DNA of 64,000 bases from the human T2T-CHM13v2.0 reference genome, Homo sapiens. The notes beneath the pieces were generated by a model. That model did no database searches. It was not told the DNA's origin and saw nothing but the letters and a program-made list of their open reading frames with translations. Shown piece by piece: positions 61,830 to 64,000 of this stretch. The stretch lies in the NCBI RefSeq assembly GCF_009914755.1, contig NC_060925.1. The stretch is one strand, 5' to 3'. The position numbers and the translations under genes were made by a program. Positions within the stretch are counted from its first letter, which is position 1, and every line of letters begins with the position of its first letter.

Positions 61830-62650
61830 CTGGTGTGATGGAGTGTCAGGGACTATTATTTCTACTATGTAGATCAAAGAAGATCTCCTTTAGGACATAG
61901 CATTTGAGCTGAATGAAGAAGAGATATCCATGCAAAAATCCAGAGCAAAAGGTGCTCCAAGCAGGAAGAACAATATTCACAAAATCCCTAAGATACAATG
62001 AACTTGGTAATTTGAGGAACAAAACAGAAGACCTTTGTGCTAGGAGTGAAAGAGATATGAGAGTATTAAGGGATGAGGTCAGAGTTACCTGGTCCAGAGC
62101 ATATTGTAGGCCAGGGTGGAGAAGTAAAGAACTGTTTTGGTTTGGATCTGTTTGTGAGATGGTGCTGACTGGACTGTCTAGTGGATGGAGTTGTAGAGTG
62201 TGAAGGACAGAGGGGTATCAAGGATAACCTTTAAATTTAGACCTGAGCATCTAGGTGAACAGAGACACCAGATACTGAGATACGGAAACTCAGGGAAGAT
62301 TAGGTGTGTGTACAGAAATCAAGAGCTCTATTTTGGACACATTGTATTTGAGATGTCTATTGGAAACCTAAGAGACGTTGAATAAGAGGTTGGACATATG
62401 AGTCTAAAGTTTAGGGGAGATATATATATTTGGGAGTTGTTAGCGTATCAAGGTTTATAGTATTGTATGAGATCACCTATTTAGAGTTCAGGAAGAGAAA
62501 GACTGAGGGGTTATCAGTAAGAATGAAGGAGTAAAAGAGTATGTTGTTGTAGAAGCCAAGTGAAAAAAATATTTCAAGAAGGAGGGAATAAGCATCTATG
62601 GAGTGCTGCTGAAAGGCCGAGTAAGGTGAACAGGAAATTGACATTGGGTT
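61830..62650 (+). mobile_element. L2 fragment
   Basis: Purine-rich; atttgagctga, tttgagatgtctatt, agaagccaagtgaa motifs typical of L2. Confidence 0.68.
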
Positions 62651-62686
62651 TATTTTTGTATTTCTAATATTAATGCATATTAATAT

Positions 62687-63111
62687 TGTCAACCTAAAAT
62701 GTATGACAGATACCAACTCTATAAAGCAAAAAGTTGATTTGGGAGTAGTAGGGGATTGCAGTTCTAGACATGCATGCTATGGAATGACTATGACACATCC
62801 ACAGGGGATTGGAGTAAAGGGGAAGCTTGAAAAGACATATAGGAGACCTCCATGTAAGCTGTTTTGAACAAAGATTATTGGTTACAAGAGCTTGCTGCAG
62901 GGGTGGCATTAGCTCATTGGTGGAGACAGCCGTAGTTAGGCAAGTGTCTCTGTGCAAGCGGCTTTTATGGAATACTGTGGTTTTGAGGAATTCTTTACGT
63001 TGTTCCAATGTAGGCATACATATACATAAGGGGACTCCTTCATGGCCTCCCAACTCCATTGTGTTAGGGTTTCACACTAGTAACTCCAGTTTGATACTGA
63101 TAACTTTTACA
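62687..63111 (-). mobile_element. ERV1-class solo LTR (MER31-like)
   Basis: TG...CA termini; the minus strand begins TGTAAAAGTTATCAGTATCAAA; 4-bp TSD atat/gtat. Confidence 0.7.
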
Positions 63112-64000
63112 GTATGCAGATAGGAAATGTACAATAGCTTGTAATATTGTAATTTTACTTTTCTTTGGTATATATTGTTTTCTCTTTGGTCATGGAAACA
63201 CAGTAAATTTCACCTGCTGTTTCCAGACTTTTGTGTTTAGCTGTCTCTGCTTTAAAGTAACTGAAATTTATAATACGTCTCATAAAGTAAAACCTCATTG
63301 ATTTTGACTAAAAGAGGAAAATTGTGACCAAATTCTTGAAAATATAGAATGTGAAAATTATCTTATGCTCTTTATTTATTGAAAATAAAATTCAAATCAG
63401 TGTTTCAATTTAATGATAATTTCTATATATATGAATAATTCCTGTTAATTGTAAAAACCTTGCTAATATAGAGATGAACAAACAAGAAAATGCATCGATT
63501 TTCTATCACTTTGGCGATCTTTATATTTTAACTATATCAGGAATCCAAGTATAAATGTGTGTTAAACTTTCAAAATTTAAACATTAAACATTTTTAATAT
63601 TCTGAGAAACTTCATCCCTACTTCTGATGACAAGCCAGGGACTGCTGATGCTGCATTTATTGCATGGGAATATTTATGCTGTCAGTTATTTGAGTAGGTT
63701 TGTCTAGATTATAGTGATCTAAAATTAATAGACAAGCTGAATTTTGGGTAGTTTTGTGTATTTCCAAATAGTGTTCTGCAAAATGCTTTTTTCCTTTTTA
63801 ACCACTAAAATAATTGAAGTGGGTGAGGTTCAGGGGAGACTTCAGATAAGTTTTAGGATGCTGGGTTTAATAAAGTTAAGTGGGATTCTTACAAGGGGAA
63901 ATCACATTTAGCAAAATAATCTCATTTACTGATTCATAGTCTTTACCACTTAAGGGGAGGGTAATGAATATACATGGATTGCTATGATAAGGTACAAGGA

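Noticed and set aside
62666-62687. AT-rich inverted repeat next to the LTR edge
   Set aside because: Low complexity, expected by chance at this AT content.

Overview
Human (hominid) genomic DNA from inside the leptin receptor gene, LEPR, transcribed on the + strand. The window holds the 3' part of the long intron before the first coding exon and the first four coding exons (33271-33330, 38198-38527, 40050-40173, 60383-60591). Together these encode LEPR residues 1 to about 235 and carry the K109 and Q223 alleles. About 19 kb of the 23 kb upstream of the start codon is three full-length LINE-1 elements, all antisense to LEPR: an L1PA7-like host (10178-22888), an L1PA3-like element nested in it (12417-18681), and an L1PA2-like element (26216-32309). 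The L1PA2-like copy has an intact ORF1, an ORF2 broken by one stop codon, and an intact antisense ORF0 whose two splice donors face the LEPR start exon 1.2-1.3 kb away. The intron between the third and fourth coding exons contains an antisense GALNT11-like processed pseudogene, itself split by an L1 fragment. The rest is Alus, MaLR/ERV solo LTRs, a U13 snoRNA retrocopy and old L1/L2/MIR/MER debris. The most notable observations are a possible L1 antisense-promoter/ORF0 entry into LEPR, source-element flank captured at both ends of the L1PA2, a 3' transduction on the nested L1PA3, a shared ORF2 Cys-to-Ser change suggesting gene conversion, and two fold-back template-switch scars. Repeat subfamily names come from recalled diagnostic bases, not a database search.
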